From positions 352,001 to 416,000 of the forward strand of contig OZ219872.1 of assembly GCA_964291495.2 (NCBI GenBank): a stretch of 64,000 nt of DNA. The letters run 5' to 3'. This stretch comes from Dehalococcoidia bacterium (GTDB taxonomy: Bacteria; Chloroflexota; Dehalococcoidia; UBA2979). Both the position numbers and the translations under genes were made by a program. Position 1 is the stretch's first letter; every line of letters begins with the position of its first letter. Shown here piece by piece: positions 1 through 9,614 of the stretch. The notes under the pieces are model-generated. The model ran no database searches, was not told the DNA's origin, and saw only the letters and a program-made list of their open reading frames with translations.

Positions 1-570
1 GACGAGCACGGGAACGGGATCGATCTGCTCGACCAGCTCGTCGAGGCGCAGGCCGCGCAGCGATCGGGAGACGTGGCGCGCCGTGGTGACGGTGGATTGG
101 ACGGCGAAGAAGCTGGCTCCGGCCTCCTTCGCGACGGGGGCGAGGCGCTTCGTGTTCTGCGGCGTGGCGCTCACGGCCGCAACGCCGCCGAGCTTGATGA
201 TCTCCTCGATGCGCCTCCCCACGAGCTCGTCGCGGATCGGCTGCGAGTAGACGTGCTGGATGATCTCGGTCGAGTGATCGAGGTTGGCGGCGGCGATCTC
301 CTCGTAGATGCCGTCGGTGTCCTCGTAGCGGGTGTGCAGGCCCTCGAGGTTGAGGACGGCAAGCCCGCCGGCCTTCGTGAGCGCTGCCGCGAAGGAGGGG
401 TCGACGACGGCGTCCATGGCCGAGGCGAGGATCGGGACGGGGAAGGAGTGTGCGCCGAGGGTGAAGGTGGGCTCGACGAGGTCTGGGTTGGTGGTGACGG
501 CGCCGGGGACGATCGCCACGTCGTCGAAGCCCCAGGCGCGCTCGAGGCTCTTGCGCTCTACTGCCGTCAT
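1..570 (-). CDS. guaB3: GuaB3-family IMP dehydrogenase-related protein (5' part; runs off the window start)
   Basis: Manual translation from ATG at 570: MTAVERKSLERAWGFDDVAIVPG...PILASAMDAVVDP...GGLAVLNLEG...VQSTVTTARH, typical GuaB3 motifs. SD GGGGGAGGG upstream. Absent from the ORF track because it has no stop in the window. Confidence 0.9.
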   Translation of the reverse strand, partial: MTAVERKSLERAWGFDDVAIVPGAVTTNPDLVEPTFTLGAHSFPVPILASAMDAVVDPSFAAALTKAGGLAVLNLEGLHTRYEDTDGIYEEIAAANLDHSTEIIQHVYSQPIRDELVGRRIEEIIKLGGVAAVSATPQNTKRLAPVAKEAGASFFAVQSTVTTARHVSRSLRGLRLDELVEQIDPVPVLV

Positions 571-752
571 CGCCGTGGTCCCTCCCCCGTCACGCTCAGG
601 TGACGCCGTGCGGCGGGGACGGCAACCGGGGAGAGTGCCTGGAGGAGCAGATACACAAAGACCCCGCCACGGGGGAGGGGTCCTGCTCGGGATGCACCCG
701 AGGTCGTCTGTTGCCAGGCTGTCGCATGGGTCCCGCCACGGTCACCCTGCTT
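571..752 (-). ncRNA. Candidate structured cis-regulatory 5' leader (riboswitch/attenuator-like) of guaB3
   Basis: Hairpins GGGU..ACCC, CUG-GCAA-CAG and CUCGGG-UGCAU-CCCGAG; terminator-like GACCCC..GGGGUC-UUUGUGUAU; 11-nt perfect complementarity of 669-679 to the SD region 580-590. Confidence 0.5.
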
Positions 753-758
753 TTGAGA

Positions 759-787
759 ATGGTAGGGCCACCCGGATCGGGGGTCAA
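759..787 (-). promoter_or_regulatory. Sigma70-type promoter for the guaB3 leader
   Basis: TTGACC-N17-TACCAT on the minus strand. Confidence 0.7.
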
Positions 788-846
788 CGCCGCGCCCCTC
801 GAAACGCGCGATCCGGGCCTCCGGCGGCGACCACACAGCCCGAGGG

Positions 847-1572
847 CTAGCGCACCTCGCGCGCGTACCAGCCCGTCCAGACCGCCTTACGGCGGCGCAG
901 CAGCGCGATGAACAGCGGGTTTGTCCAGACCAGCACCCGCCACAGAGGCCACTTGTCGAAGCGGCGCGTCGAGGGCCGGACGCGCGGCTGGCGGATGAAC
1001 GCGACCTTGCGTCCCGTGTCCCGCGCGAGGCGCTTGAGGCTCCAGAAGAAGTCGACGTCCTCGCCGATCCACGCCGTCTCATCGTACCCGCCGGCCTCCT
1101 CGAAGGCGGACGCTCGGGAGAACTGCGCGGCGCCCTGCGCCATGCCCGTGAGCCGCGCGAGCAGGCGCCAGGCGCGCAGGTAGAACCTCGCGAAGCGGCG
1201 CTGCGGCCGGTAGTCCACGTCGACGGCGCCGCCGAGGCAGCTCGGGTCGCTCAGCGCCGCATGGATCGCCCGGAGGAACGTGGGCGGCACGATCACGTCC
1301 GCGTCGACGAAGACCAGCACCTCGCCCCTGGCATGCCGCGCGCCGGTGTTCCGCGAGCGCGCGATGCCCTGCTCCGGCTCGTGGACCACCGTCGCGCCTC
1401 CCACCAGCGCCACCGCCGCGGTCCGGTCGCTGCTGTTGTTGTCGACGACGATGGTTTCGACCGCCCCGTCGATGCGGTCGAGCAGGCGCGTTGCGGACTC
1501 CTCGATCGCATCGAGGGTCGCGGAGAGGTACTCCTCCTCATTGAAGGCCGGTACGACGATCGTGAACCTCAT
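847..1572 (-). CDS. Glycosyltransferase family 2
   Basis: IVVPAFNEE, VVDNNSSDRT, FVDAD (DxD) and GEDVD motifs. Confidence 0.9.
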   Translation of the reverse strand: MRFTIVVPAFNEEEYLSATLDAIEESATRLLDRIDGAVETIVVDNNSSDRTAAVALVGGATVVHEPEQGIARSRNTGARHARGEVLVFVDADVIVPPTFLRAIHAALSDPSCLGGAVDVDYRPQRRFARFYLRAWRLLARLTGMAQGAAQFSRASAFEEAGGYDETAWIGEDVDFFWSLKRLARDTGRKVAFIRQPRVRPSTRRFDKWPLWRVLVWTNPLFIALLRRRKAVWTGWYAREVR

Positions 1573-1646
1573 CGCAACGAGCGTACCCGAGCCGGCAGGC
1601 AGGCGGCAGGTGGCCCTGCGGAGTGCAGGTGCTACGATTCCTTGCG

Positions 1647-3314
1647 ATGGCTGAGACGGTCCTCGCCGCGGTCGCGTGGCCCTATGCGAACAGCGCGCTG
1701 CACGCGGGCCAGATCGCCGGTGCGTACCTGCCCGCCGACATTTTCTCCCGCTACCACCGCATGCGCGGCAACCGCACGCTGATGGTCTCCGGCTCCGACG
1801 TGCACGGCACGCCCGTCACGATCCGCGCCGAGGAGGAGGGCTCGACCCCCGAGGCGGTGATCGAGCGCGCCCACGCGTCCTTCCTCGACACCTTCGAGCG
1901 CTTCGGGATCTCGTTCGACCTGTTCACCTCGACGGGCACACCGAACCACGCCGAGGTCACGCAGGACCTCTTCCTGCGCCTCCACGAGCAGGGCCACATC
2001 TACGAGGCCGAGATGACGATGCTGTTCGACCCCGAGGCCGAACGCTTCCTGCCGGACCGTTATGTCGAGGGGGAGTGCCCCTACTGCGGCTACGACGGCG
2101 CGCGCGGCGACCAGTGCGACGAGTGCGGCCGGACGATGGACGCGCTCGAGCTGATCGGGCCGCGCTCGCGCCTTTCCGAGGCCACGCCGGAGGCGCGCCG
2201 GACGAACCACTGCTTCCTCAAGCTCAGCGACTTCAACGACCAGCTGCTCGAGTGGGTCGATCCGCAGACGCACTGGCGACCGGCCGTGCGCAACTTCACG
2301 CTCGGCCTGCTGCGCGAGGGGCTGCACGACCGCGCGATCACGCGCGACATCGAGTGGGGCGTGCCCGTACCCCTCGAGGGCTGGGACGAGAAGCGCATCT
2401 ACGTCTGGTTCGAGGCGGTGATCGGTTACCTCTCCGCGACGAAGGAGTGGGCGCAGCACTCCGGGCAGCCGGACGCCTGGGAGGCTTGGTGGAAGGACCC
2501 GGGGGCGCGGACCGTCTACTTCCAGGGCAAGGACAACGTCCCCTTCCACACCACCATCTGGCCGGCCATGCTGCTCGGCTACGGCGGCCTCAACCTGCCC
2601 TACGACGTGCCGGCCAACCAGTACGTCACGATCTCCGGCTCGAAGGCCTCGTCCTCGCGCAACTGGGCGATCTGGATGCCCGACTACCTCGACCGCCACG
2701 ACCCCGACCCGCTGCGCTACGGACTGACGGCGATGATGCCCGAGACGTCCGACACGGACTTCACGTGGGCCGAGTACGTGCGCCGCAACAACGACGAGCT
2801 GGTCGCGCGCTGGGGCAACCTCGTCCACCGCGTGCTGACCCTGACGCGCCGACACTTCGACGCGCGCGTGCCGGGCACGGAGGCGTCGCCCTCGCCGGAG
2901 TCGGCGGCGCTGCTGGCGCGAGTCGACGCAGCCTTCGAGGAGGTCGGCGCGCACATCGACGGGCTGCGCCTGCGCGCCGCGCTGCAGGGCGCGATGGGGC
3001 TCGCGCAGGAGGCGAATCGCTACCTCGACGAGCGCGCGCCCTGGGCGGCCGTGCGCGAGGACCGCGAGTCGGCGGCAGAGACGCTCTCGACGGCGATCCA
3101 GGCGATCGCCGGGCTCGCCTCGCTGCTGCAGCCGTTCCTGCCGTTCACCTCGCCGCGCGCGTGGGCCCTCGCCGGCTGCGAGGGCGAGATCGAGGCGGCG
3201 GGCTGGCAGCGCACGCCGGTAGCGCCGGGCACGCCGCTGCCCGAACCCGCGCCGCTGTTCCGCAAGCTCGACGACTCGCTGGTCGATGAAGAAGAGGCGC
3301 GGCTCGGCCAGTAG
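1647..3314 (+). CDS. metG: Methionine--tRNA ligase (short form, no C-terminal tRNA-binding domain)
   Basis: AWPYANSALHAGQ (HIGH-like), GSDVHG, Zn knuckle CPYC..CDEC, YVWFEA, GKDN, KASSS (KMSKS-like). Confidence 0.95.
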   Translation: MAETVLAAVAWPYANSALHAGQIAGAYLPADIFSRYHRMRGNRTLMVSGSDVHGTPVTIRAEEEGSTPEAVIERAHASFLDTFERFGISFDLFTSTGTPNHAEVTQDLFLRLHEQGHIYEAEMTMLFDPEAERFLPDRYVEGECPYCGYDGARGDQCDECGRTMDALELIGPRSRLSEATPEARRTNHCFLKLSDFNDQLLEWVDPQTHWRPAVRNFTLGLLREGLHDRAITRDIEWGVPVPLEGWDEKRIYVWFEAVIGYLSATKEWAQHSGQPDAWEAWWKDPGARTVYFQGKDNVPFHTTIWPAMLLGYGGLNLPYDVPANQYVTISGSKASSSRNWAIWMPDYLDRHDPDPLRYGLTAMMPETSDTDFTWAEYVRRNNDELVARWGNLVHRVLTLTRRHFDARVPGTEASPSPESAALLARVDAAFEEVGAHIDGLRLRAALQGAMGLAQEANRYLDERAPWAAVREDRESAAETLSTAIQAIAGLASLLQPFLPFTSPRAWALAGCEGEIEAAGWQRTPVAPGTPLPEPAPLFRKLDDSLVDEEEARLGQ

Positions 3315-3340
3315 GCCGGGCGACGGAGGACGAGCACACG

Positions 3341-4156
3341 ATGAGTCCCCTCGACGCCCCGATCGTCGACGCGCACGCCCATACCTGGTCCGGCGCCTTT
3401 TCCGAGGACCACGCCGAGGTGATGGAGCGCGCCTGGGGCTCCGGCCTGACGGCCGTGGTCGAGGTAGGCGGCACCGCGCCGAGCAGCGAGGAGGCGTACG
3501 CTCTCGCTGCCGCCGACGAGCGCGTCCATGCGGTCGCCGGGTTGCACCCGCACCGCGCGAAGGATCTTCCGGAGCAGCGCGAGCAGCTACGCGAGCAGGC
3601 GCACAGCGGGCGCTTCGTCGGCCTCGGCGAGATGGGGCTGGACTTCTACCGCAATCTCTCGCCGCACGATATCCAGTACGAGGCGTTCCGCTACCAGCTC
3701 GACCTGGCGCGCGAGGCCTCGCTGCCTGTCGTGATCCACAGCCGCGACTCCGACGAGGAGTCGTACGCCGTGATCGAGGAGTGGGCGCGCCACTCGGGGC
3801 GCTACCTCGGGCCGGACCGCGAGATCGGGATGATGCATTGCTACGCCGGCGACGCGGAGCTCGGCGAGCGCTACCGCGTGCTCGGCTTCCTGCTCTCCAT
3901 CCCCGGCCCGGTCACCTACCCCGGCGGCACGCAGCGTCAGAACGTCGCGAGGACGGCGCCACTCGAGCAGTTGCTGGTCGAGACGGACGCGCCCGCCTTG
4001 ACGCCGCAGTCGAACCGCGGGCGGCGCAACGAGCCGGCCTACATCCTCGAGACGATCGCCTTCATCGCGCAGTTGCGCGGCGACACGCCCGAGCACGTGG
4101 CGCGCGTGACGGCGGAGAACGCCGCGCGGCTGTTCGGCTTCGAGCTGCCGCGATGA
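3341..4156 (+). CDS. tatD: TatD family hydrolase
   Basis: DAHAH, GLHPH, GEMGLD, IHSR, MHCY and ETDAP motifs. Confidence 0.92.
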   Translation: MSPLDAPIVDAHAHTWSGAFSEDHAEVMERAWGSGLTAVVEVGGTAPSSEEAYALAAADERVHAVAGLHPHRAKDLPEQREQLREQAHSGRFVGLGEMGLDFYRNLSPHDIQYEAFRYQLDLAREASLPVVIHSRDSDEESYAVIEEWARHSGRYLGPDREIGMMHCYAGDAELGERYRVLGFLLSIPGPVTYPGGTQRQNVARTAPLEQLLVETDAPALTPQSNRGRRNEPAYILETIAFIAQLRGDTPEHVARVTAENAARLFGFELPR

Positions 4157-5130
4157 CCGCGCCGGCCAGCCAGTTCGAGGTGTACGGGCCCGTCGCGGAC
4201 GACCTGCCGCGTGTCGACGAGCTGCTCGACTCGCTGCGCGATGTCGAGTTTCCGTGGCTGCGCGAGATGCTGGGCGCGGTGCTCGGCGGCGGCGGCAAGC
4301 GGCTGCGGCCGGCGCTGACCCTGCTCGCCGGGCGCCTCGGGCGCTACGACCTCGACCTGCTCGTGCCGATGGCGGCGAGCGTCGAACTGCTGCACACGGC
4401 GACGCTGGTCCACGACGACGTGATCGACCAGGCGGAGGAGCGGCGCGGGCGGCCGACGGCGGCGGCGCAGTTCAACAACGGACCGAGCGTGATGCTGGGC
4501 GACTACATGTTTGCCCACGCCGCGCACTTCGTGGCGCAGACGGGCAACCTGCGCGTGGTGCGCAACTTCGCCGAAACGCTGCGCGTGATGGCGCGCGGCG
4601 AGCTCAGCCAGGACCTCGCGGCCTACGAGTACTCGCCGGACGTGCGGCGCTACCTCGACCGCATCCACGGCAAGACCGCCTCGCTCTTCGCCACCGCCGC
4701 CGAGGGCGGGGCGATCGTCTGCGGCGCGCCGGAGCCCCTCGTCGAGCCGGTCCGCCGCTTCGGCGAGCAGCTCGGCATGGCCTTCCAGGTGGTTGACGAC
4801 GTGCTCGACTTCAGCGCGACGGCCGAGGAGCTGGGCAAGCCGGTCGGCTCCGATCTGCTGGCGGGGACGCTGACGCTGCCCGCGCTGCTCTACCTGGACC
4901 GCTACCCCGACGACAACCCGATCCGGCGGGCCTTCGCGGGCGTCCGCCGACGGGCGAACCTGCAACGCGCGATCAACGAGATCCGCGAGTCGGGCCTCCT
5001 CGAGGAGTCGATGGAGACGGCGCAGCGCTTCGCCGCGGAGGCTGCGGCCGCGCTGGAGCCGCTCCCGGCCGGGGAGCCGCGCGAGACCTTCGAGTCGCTG
5101 GCGGAGTACGTGCTGACGCGCCGCAACTGA
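4153..5130 (+). CDS. Polyprenyl diphosphate synthase (HepT/IspB-like)
   Basis: GGKRLRP, HDDVID (FARM), RRG, GKTA, FQVVDDVLD (SARM); ATG overlaps the tatD stop. Confidence 0.92.
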   Translation: MTAPASQFEVYGPVADDLPRVDELLDSLRDVEFPWLREMLGAVLGGGGKRLRPALTLLAGRLGRYDLDLLVPMAASVELLHTATLVHDDVIDQAEERRGRPTAAAQFNNGPSVMLGDYMFAHAAHFVAQTGNLRVVRNFAETLRVMARGELSQDLAAYEYSPDVRRYLDRIHGKTASLFATAAEGGAIVCGAPEPLVEPVRRFGEQLGMAFQVVDDVLDFSATAEELGKPVGSDLLAGTLTLPALLYLDRYPDDNPIRRAFAGVRRRANLQRAINEIRESGLLEESMETAQRFAAEAAAALEPLPAGEPRETFESLAEYVLTRRN

Positions 5131-5169
5131 ACGCGGCTGCGAGCGGTAACCCGGACCTCGCGAGTCAGG

Positions 5170-5583
5170 CTACGAGGCGCCCTTGCCCTCGCCGCGGGCG
5201 CGGCGGCGGCCACGCGAGCCGCTGCCCCTCACACGCTCGCGGACCTGCACCGCGGCCTTCTTGGCCGCTACCTCATCGGGTGTCACCTTCGTGGCGGCGG
5301 GCACGATGCGCGGATCCTTGACGAGGAAGGGCTCCATCTTCGTCATGTCGTTCGTCTGCATCGGCTTCGTGGACTGACCCTTGGGCGTCCAGTAGAGGTT
5401 CTGGTCCGGGATGCGGCGAGGCATCCCGCCGCGCATCGTGAAGGCGTGCACCTCGGTCGGCATCAGGCGCCTGCCGTCGCCGTCGCAGACGACGCACGGC
5501 TGCGGGTCCGAGGACTCGCGCACCGGGCGAATCAGCTCGAAGATGCCGTCGCAACCCTCGCAGTAGTACTCGTAGAGCGGCAT
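5170..5583 (-). CDS. FmdB-family zinc-ribbon protein
   Basis: MPLYEYYCEGC...FE...PCVVC N-terminus. Confidence 0.85.
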   Translation of the reverse strand: MPLYEYYCEGCDGIFELIRPVRESSDPQPCVVCDGDGRRLMPTEVHAFTMRGGMPRRIPDQNLYWTPKGQSTKPMQTNDMTKMEPFLVKDPRIVPAATKVTPDEVAAKKAAVQVRERVRGSGSRGRRRARGEGKGAS

Positions 5584-5606
5584 GCCGCGTCTCCTCGATC
5601 CGTCAA

Positions 5607-6473
5607 TCAGGCGTTCAGGCTGTCCGGCTCAGTATACGCGGACAACGGCTCAGCCGATGCACTCGCCGCCGCCGCCGCCTCGGACGCCTCGTCGCCGCCC
5701 TCCGCCCGGGGCGTCTGGCGCACCTCCGACAGGAAGCGCGCACTGCCCAGGTCGCGCTCGGCCATCGCGCGCATCAGCTCGTGCATGACCCGCTCGAGGG
5801 CCGAGGCGAGCTCGGGGGTGAGGCGCACGCGCGCGGCCTCCTCGTACGGCTCCTGCTGGATGTAGCGCAGCACCTTCAGCACGGGCGCTTCGATCGGCCC
5901 CGCCTCCGGGTGCGAGCTGCGGCAGGCCGTACAGATCACGCCTCCCGCGAGCGGCGACCAGGCCAACGTGTCCGCCGACACCGGCTCCCCGCAGGCCGCG
6001 CAGTCGCGCCACTCCGGCCGGAAGCCGGTCGCATCAAGCAGCCCCAGCTCGAACGATCTCGCAACGAGCTGCTCGCCGTCGCCGCGCGCGAGCCGCAGCA
6101 GCGCGATCAGCAGCAGGCGGTAGACGGCGTCCGCCTCGGCGTGCTCGACCGTGAAGCGGTCGGCCAGCTCCAGCAGGTAGAGCGCGAGGCTGAGCCGGTC
6201 GAGGTCGTCGCGGATCGCGGCGAAGCCCTCGAGCGTCTGGGCCTGGGTAATGATGTCGAGGTTGCGGCCGTGGGCAAGCAGCACCTCGGCATGGGTGAGC
6301 GGCTCCAGGTGGCCGGCGAGCCGGCTGCGCGGGCGCAGCGCGCCCTTGGCGATCGCGTCGATCTTTCCCCGCGCGGGGGTAAGGAGGGTGACGATGCGAT
6401 CGCTGTCGCCAAAGCGGCGGTGGCGGATCACCACCGCCTCGCTGCGGGTAACGCGGGGGGCGCGCGCGGGCAT
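5607..6473 (-). CDS. recO: DNA repair protein RecO
   Basis: FGDSDRIVTLLTPARGKIDAIAKGA OB fold; CAAC..CTAC zinc finger. Confidence 0.95.
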   Translation of the reverse strand: MPARAPRVTRSEAVVIRHRRFGDSDRIVTLLTPARGKIDAIAKGALRPRSRLAGHLEPLTHAEVLLAHGRNLDIITQAQTLEGFAAIRDDLDRLSLALYLLELADRFTVEHAEADAVYRLLLIALLRLARGDGEQLVARSFELGLLDATGFRPEWRDCAACGEPVSADTLAWSPLAGGVICTACRSSHPEAGPIEAPVLKVLRYIQQEPYEEAARVRLTPELASALERVMHELMRAMAERDLGSARFLSEVRQTPRAEGGDEASEAAAAASASAEPLSAYTEPDSLNA

Positions 6474-6490
6474 GGGTACAGGTTAAACGA

Positions 6491-6518
6491 CGGGAGCCGG
6501 CCCAGAGGCCGGCTCCCG
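6491..6518 (-). terminator. Intrinsic terminator-like hairpin after the SBP gene
   Basis: 12-bp perfect stem CGGGAGCCGGCC/GGCCGGCTCCCG with a 4-nt loop, followed by TCGTTT on the minus strand. Confidence 0.7.
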
Positions 6519-6539
6519 GTTCTCTCGCCTCGTGCGAGT

Positions 6540-8549
6540 CTAGCCGCGCAGGTCCACCGTGAGGCTCTGCTCCGGCGGGTCGGGGTCGAGCCACGTCTTG
6601 TGCATGGAGTAGCCCCAGTCCCAGAAGCTGTGGATGCCGATGTACGGCCCGTGGAAGCGCACGAAGCGCACCTCGGGGCGCAGGATGAAGATGCCCGCCG
6701 AGGCCGGCAGCTTGTCCATCCAGTACGCCTCGTCGTTCATCTGCTTCATGATCTGCACGAACAGCTCACGCCGCGCGTCCGGGTCGATCTCGCTGAACTG
6801 CCGGTCGGCGAGGTCGTCGATGACCGGGTCCACGATGTTGAAGTGCTGCACCGAGGACTGGGAGTGGATGTTCTCCCAGAAGTAGCCGTTTGCCGTCGGG
6901 GCGGCGGTCGACCAGCCCTGGATCATGTCCGATCCGCGGCGCTCCGGGTCCGAGAACCCCTGCGCGTAGTACTGGTCGGCGAAGGCGGCGCCGTCGGCCG
7001 GCAGCTGCTCAGGGGCGAAGCCGAGAGCGGTGAGATCCTCGAAGATCAACTGCGTGTCCGCGCCGGGCCCCGAGAATCCGCCCGGGGCGCGGTGGCGAAT
7101 CTTCGTCCCCGGCTCGACGCCGGCCGCAGCGATCAGCTTCGCCGCCTCGTCCGGGTTGTAATCCTTCGTGCTGCCGAAGGCGTCACGGCCCGGGTACGTG
7201 TCGGAGTAGAACGGCCAGCCGAACGCCGGCAGCGAGTCCGGCCACTTTTGGCCTGGGTAGCGGATCGCGAGGTAGCGGTCCACGTCCATGCCGAGCTTGA
7301 TGGCGCGGCGCACGCGGGTGTCGTTGAACGGCGCGACGTTGGAGTTGACCGCGTAGATGGAGATGCCCATCAGCGACGGGTTGCTCATCACGTTCATGCC
7401 CGGGACGCTGTCCCACATCGCGTCCAGTTCCTCGATCCGCAGGGTCGGCAGGCCGTGGTAGGTCTGCCCTGTGCGGAACGCGGCCTTGAGCGTCTCGCCG
7501 TCCGTGATCGTGTCGAACCGGAAGGCGTCGAGCAGCGGCGCGCCGCCCCAGTAGTCGGGGTTGGCCGCGAACGTCATCCGCTGGTCCTGGCTGGTGTTTG
7601 CCGGGTCCAGGATCCCCGGCCCGGTCCCGATCGGCGTCGTGTCGGCAATGCCGGCGTCGTAGACCTCGGTCGCGTAAATCGGCAACTCGCGATTGCCCGC
7701 CACGACGAGGATGTCGGCGTTCGGCTTGTCCATGTTGAAGCGCACGGTGCGATCGTCCACCGCCTCGGCGGCTCCGAGGCCGAGCAGCAGGCCGGACTGG
7801 CGGCCGCTCTGCATGCGCGCGTAGTGCTGCGCCACGTCGGCGGCGACCAGCGCGCGGCCGTTCACCGGCGCGACGTTGTGGAAGTTCGCCTCTCGCAGCG
7901 AGAAGGTCAGCGTCAGACCGTCCGGCGCCACCTCCCAGCCGGTCGCCAACCCGAAGTCCGGGTTGAGCTCCATCTGGTAGACGTTGAAGTCCGGCCCGTG
8001 GTGGTAGCCCACCAGCATGTCGCCGGCCATCGTGTTGACCGACTGCGTGATGTAGCCGCCGGTGGTGACGTTGTCGAAGCTCCCGTGGCCGTACCGCGCC
8101 CCGTAGGTGAGGATGCCGCCGGAGACCGGGGTCTTGTCCGGCTCCTTCCAGCCGTAGGCGAACGGCGCGCCGTCGTTGCGCGCGTTGCCGACGTAGTCGT
8201 AGGCCGGCTCCAGGGCATAGCCCGGGCCCGACGGCTCGGGAGCCGCGGTGGCCGTCGCCGCTGCCCCGGCCGCCGGCGTCGCCGTCGGGGTCGGGGTTGG
8301 AGTCGCGGTCCGCTCGATTGCGGCGGTCGGGATCGCGGTCGCGGCTGCCGTCGGCGTTGCCGCAGCCGGCGCCTGCGTAGCCGCGGGGGCCGGAGCCTCG
8401 TCGTCGTCGTCGCCGCAGCCAATGAGCGCAGCAGCGGTCAGCCCGGCCGCGCCGATCACGCCGCCGCGGAGAACGCTGCGCCGGCTGACGCGTGACCCGA
8501 CGAGTCTGGACAGCCCGTTCTGCTCGGTGCTCGGTGCTTGCTTCGTCAT
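6540..8549 (-). CDS. ABC transporter substrate-binding lipoprotein, family 5 (peptide/nickel type), Tat signal
   Basis: SRRSVL twin-arginine signal plus lipobox LIGC; Ala/Pro/Thr linker; GLATGWEV..DGLTLTFSLR, IGTGPG, PFNDTRVRRA. Confidence 0.9.
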   Translation of the reverse strand: MTKQAPSTEQNGLSRLVGSRVSRRSVLRGGVIGAAGLTAAALIGCGDDDDEAPAPAATQAPAAATPTAAATAIPTAAIERTATPTPTPTATPAAGAAATATAAPEPSGPGYALEPAYDYVGNARNDGAPFAYGWKEPDKTPVSGGILTYGARYGHGSFDNVTTGGYITQSVNTMAGDMLVGYHHGPDFNVYQMELNPDFGLATGWEVAPDGLTLTFSLREANFHNVAPVNGRALVAADVAQHYARMQSGRQSGLLLGLGAAEAVDDRTVRFNMDKPNADILVVAGNRELPIYATEVYDAGIADTTPIGTGPGILDPANTSQDQRMTFAANPDYWGGAPLLDAFRFDTITDGETLKAAFRTGQTYHGLPTLRIEELDAMWDSVPGMNVMSNPSLMGISIYAVNSNVAPFNDTRVRRAIKLGMDVDRYLAIRYPGQKWPDSLPAFGWPFYSDTYPGRDAFGSTKDYNPDEAAKLIAAAGVEPGTKIRHRAPGGFSGPGADTQLIFEDLTALGFAPEQLPADGAAFADQYYAQGFSDPERRGSDMIQGWSTAAPTANGYFWENIHSQSSVQHFNIVDPVIDDLADRQFSEIDPDARRELFVQIMKQMNDEAYWMDKLPASAGIFILRPEVRFVRFHGPYIGIHSFWDWGYSMHKTWLDPDPPEQSLTVDLRG

Positions 8550-8616
8550 TCGCCCCTCCTGGATCGCGGACGGACCCGCGCGCCGCAGGCCGCCCTGATC
8601 GCTGTACGCTTCGCGC

Positions 8617-8647
8617 TACGGTACGGTTCTGTTCAACCCTGCGCAAG
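8617..8647 (-). promoter_or_regulatory. Putative internal promoter for the SBP gene
   Basis: TTGCGC-N17-TACCGT on the minus strand, downstream of a CACGAGG/CCTCGTG hairpin after the permease. Confidence 0.4.
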
Positions 8648-8706
8648 TACCGAACCACGTCGCGGATAATGATTGTTCACGAGGTTGTCCCAGCGCCCTC
8701 GTGCAG

Positions 8707-9600
8707 CTAGCGCGAACCTCGCAGCCTCGGGTCCAGAACGTCTCGCACTACATCTCCGAGCAGGTTGAACGCGAGCACGGTGACGCTGATCGCAACGGCG
8801 GGGAAGAACGCCAGCCAGGGCGCAAGCTCCATGTACTGGCGGCCCTTGTCGCTCAGCATCAGGCCCCACGACGGCTCCGGCTCCTGCGCGCCCATCCCGA
8901 GGAAGGCGAGCCCGGCCTCGATCAGGATCGCCGCGCCGAGGACCGTGGACATCATGATCAGGATCGGCGCGACCACGTTCGGCAGGATGTGGCGCAGCAT
9001 GATGCGCAGCGGGCCGGCGCCGATCACCCGCGCCGCGTCCACGTAGACATTCTCCTTGACGGCGAGTACGGCGCTGCGGATCACGCGCGCGTTGAAGGGG
9101 ATGATCACGAGGATGATCGCAACGATCCCAGTCGTCACGCCCGGCGTGAAGATCGAGACGAAGAACAGCGCCAGGACGATCCCCGGAATCGCCAGCATCG
9201 CGTCCACGACGCGCTGCGAGATGAGGTCCAGCCAGCTTCCGGCGAACCCCGAGATCAACCCCCACGCCGCGCCGACAAGGCAGCCGCCGGCCGTCGCGAG
9301 GAAGCCCACCCAGAGCGAGATCCGCGCGCCCTGCATCACGCGCGACAGCTGATCGCGGCCGAGGTCGTCCGTGCCGAACGGGTGATCGAGGCTCGGCCCC
9401 ACCAGCACCGCCCGCGACGTCTGGTACGGATCCTTCCCCACGTCGGCGAAGACCGCGCCCAGGACCACCAGGGCCAGCACCCCGAACGACGCCGCGCCGA
9501 CGGGCGAGGTGAGGATCCGGATCGCCGCGTCGAGGGCGGGATGGCGCCCCGCGCCGAGGAACTCGCGCACTGCCGGGGCCGCCACCGTCTGCTCAGCCAC
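8707..9600 (-). CDS. ABC transporter permease (DppC/OppC-like)
   Basis: HPFGTDDLGRD, EAA-like YVDAARVIGAG, HILPNV, PSWG. Confidence 0.92.
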   Translation of the reverse strand: MAEQTVAAPAVREFLGAGRHPALDAAIRILTSPVGAASFGVLALVVLGAVFADVGKDPYQTSRAVLVGPSLDHPFGTDDLGRDQLSRVMQGARISLWVGFLATAGGCLVGAAWGLISGFAGSWLDLISQRVVDAMLAIPGIVLALFFVSIFTPGVTTGIVAIILVIIPFNARVIRSAVLAVKENVYVDAARVIGAGPLRIMLRHILPNVVAPILIMMSTVLGAAILIEAGLAFLGMGAQEPEPSWGLMLSDKGRQYMELAPWLAFFPAVAISVTVLAFNLLGDVVRDVLDPRLRGSR

Positions 9601-9614
9601 GCCCTACTCCCCCG

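Noticed and set aside
5781-8495. Long alternative-frame ORFs (for example 904 aa here, 11354-13927 upstream part, 42627-45290, 60174-62861)
   Set aside because: Antisense or frame-shifted shadows of well-supported genes, expected at this GC content; Arg/Ala/Gly-rich with no motifs.
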